DNA of 64,000 bases from the NCBI GenBank assembly GCA_029953675.1, contig JAMWBK010000006.1, positions 1,550,001 to 1,614,000 on the forward strand. The letters run 5' to 3'. Below the pieces are notes generated by a model that was not told the DNA's origin, did no database searches, and saw only the letters and a list, made by a program, of their open reading frames with translations. Positions 61,901-64,000 of this stretch are shown piece after piece (position 1 is the first letter of the stretch; each line of letters opens with the position of its first letter). The position numbers and the translations under genes were made by a program. This DNA is from Rhodosorus marinus CCMP1338. Taxonomy: Eukaryota; Plantae; Rhodophyta.

Positions 61901-64000
61901 AGGAAGTCCTCATCCAAACGATTCCTCAACGTCGAAGTATCTCCGTTCTCACAACTCTGGGTAGTTGCGACGGCGGTAAGAGACGCACAGAATTCCATCA
62001 CAGCTATCGGTGCTACTAGATTCAAAACCTCACTGAGCCTAATCATTCCGTTAAGCTTCACCTCAAGCAATGGGAACACGCTTCGAGCAGTGTTCGTATA
62101 CTGAGAACTGCTCCAACTTAACGACTCAACAAATACTCTCATGTGTTGCATCAGGCTGCATAAAGATTTGTCGTTTCGCCGGAGCCTATTCTTCAACTCC
62201 TCGATAATCAAGGGATCTTGCGGCCCACCTGTTGGCGGGGATAGGACGCAAAACTCAGTTGCCGAAGACGATTGTGGGAAAGCGGGAAGGAAGATGCAAA
62301 TTCTGCACATCTACCTCGGTGACCAAAGCCGTTGACTTGACTGTTCGTTTCTATCATGCGATTTGCGAGTAAAGATATGACATCCGCCAGTGCTTCACAT
62401 ATTGGTCGCATGTACTCGCCTTTAGAATTAAGCCTTAGAGCGCGAGAGCTCAGCCCTTGCGCGTAGGTCAGAATACGCTCGTCAACCTGATCATCACCGC
62501 CCAGCACCATTTTTCGAAGTCGCTGAATCCACATAGGCAACGAATCGTAGCATTCTCCCATAGACAATTGTAAGTCGAGGCAATGCTCTCGTATTCCGGC
62601 CGGCGAAGAGAAGTATTCCGAGTTGCGTTCTTCGGTAGTTGGTAAAAACACTCTCCGATTCAGTGAACAAGTAGGAACATATGGGAGTCCTTGTCGCTTC
62701 ATCCTACCAAGACCATCAATAAAAGCTGAGCATTGGTCTTTGTACAATGCCCTTCCTTGTGGTGAAAGGTTCTGTACAATTCTGCCAGCCAACAAGACGA
62801 CCCCAGCACAGAGACGCGAATTGCACTTGTGGCTGTTGACAAGCAGTATGGACTGACAAAAAAATAACAATTCATTTGTTCAGTAGAGGTCTTTAAGCGG
62901 GCTGCAACTGGCAATTCCGAAGACGGCGCCCACGCCATTAACGGAGGACTATATTCACCTCTGGAACTCTCCGCTTGCGACTATGGACATGGTGGCAGCG
63001 TAAAACTTCAAGCGAAGCCTGTGCTACTGATGGACTCCATCCCCACCAAACACCGAGTTTTTCGATATTCGGGATTATTGTTTTATCCCAATCGATGTTG
63101 AGGAACCTCCAATTGTCACGAAGCAGTTGGCCCACAAGCACCCACCCATCATGATCCTCAGGAAGGCGCACTGTACCTGCGCATTAAATATCTTAAGCAG
63201 AACGAAGTCGATCCCACAATAGAAATTCTCTTGATATATGGCTAGGGCTACTCGTCTCACCCGAAACTTCCACAACGCGAGAGAGCGGATCTCTGGTTGT
63301 CAGTGAATAAGATCCGATAGGACCCCAGCTCATAATGACGGTCCATACAAATTTCGAAAACCAGTTTTCCTCTGATGTGGGCTTGCTCCAGCTTCTCTTC
63401 GAGGTCTTCAGCTTTTTGATCACTCTCCCAAGTACCGTCCAGAATCGTTCGCCGAGATCCTCACAAACCTCCCGGACGCGAACTAATAGGGCGAATCCTG
63501 AAAGGTCTCTACCGGAATCGTTTGAGGAACTGCTCGGATAAATGTGCTGTCGCGGGTGGTTGTAGCAAAGTATCAACAGCTCGGCCAAGAGGGACTCGAT
63601 GTAAGAAAAAAGGCTCGCATCGCGGTTGCGGTGCAAAATCAAAAGTGTTCTATGCTGAGAAGAGTATCGGTGCTGTAATTCTGCAACGGTGTATCCATGC
63701 TCTACGAGTGTCCCCGCAACCAACAACCAGCTTCCATTTTCAAAGTCGATTTCGCCTGTTACATATACAACTCCGATCAATTCGTTAGCATCAACCAACA
63801 CAGTCATGTCAACATGGACTAGAGACTGTACCACTTTCTGGAGAGTCCTGCTCCTCAGCGCCAATCTCTCTATTAGAGTTCAAATGTAGTACTATCTCAT
63901 AAGCCCGGCGCCTAGATATCTGATGCTGCCTCCGCCATTCATCATCTCTACAATAACCGAGCCCTTCGTCATCCACGGACTGGTCTACAGCGGCTTTCAT
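58982..64000 (-). CDS. Large multi-exon helical protein, probably MMS22L/Mms22-like; 5' end at the window edge, 3' end uncertain
   Basis: Chain of minus-strand ORFs (63809..64000, 63193..63864, 62938..63171, 62208..62870, 61735..62310, 60864..61208, 60676..60942, 60412..60627, 59604..60128, 59467..59712) separated by short GT-AG introns. Segments LLVRVREVCEDLGERFWTVLGRVIKKL..FVWTVI and VVYCGLCEVDYVLFKS recall MMS22L. The gene is well supported; the family call is tentative. Confidence 0.55.

Overview
Eukaryotic nuclear DNA, not prokaryotic. It has short GT-AG introns (about 45-150 nt) with CTRAC/CTAAC-like branch points and MAFV-type plastid transit peptides, which suggests a red alga (inference). 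About 14 multi-exon or single-exon genes can be supported: a PPR protein, a putative plastid protein, a Sulfotransfer_2 carbohydrate sulfotransferase, an RsuA-family pseudouridine synthase, SfsA, an arrestin-C2 protein, an RVE/CCA1-like MYB, a Dispatched/Patched-family protein, RED/IK, PP1, TRAPPC13, a BFR1/PPI1-like protein, Pumilio and an MMS22L-like protein. They are separated by gene-poor tracts containing decayed retroelement pieces and local duplications. The most unusual observations are: (1) a ~263-bp foldback at 27083-27345 with ~80-bp inverted arms around a duplicated 55-bp palindrome/iteron core, next to a perfect 16-bp hairpin; (2) two unassigned small membrane-protein ORFs that share a motif and stop position; (3) a sulfotransferase lacking the 5'-PSB lysine; (4) a PPxY arrestin fused to a C2 domain with intact Ca2+ ligands; (5) an intronless bacterial-type sfsA; (6) a copia RNase H relic still in an open frame, followed by a duplicated PPT/LTR start and a minisatellite. 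All homology calls come from motif recognition by eye. No searches were run, and exon boundaries are manual estimates.
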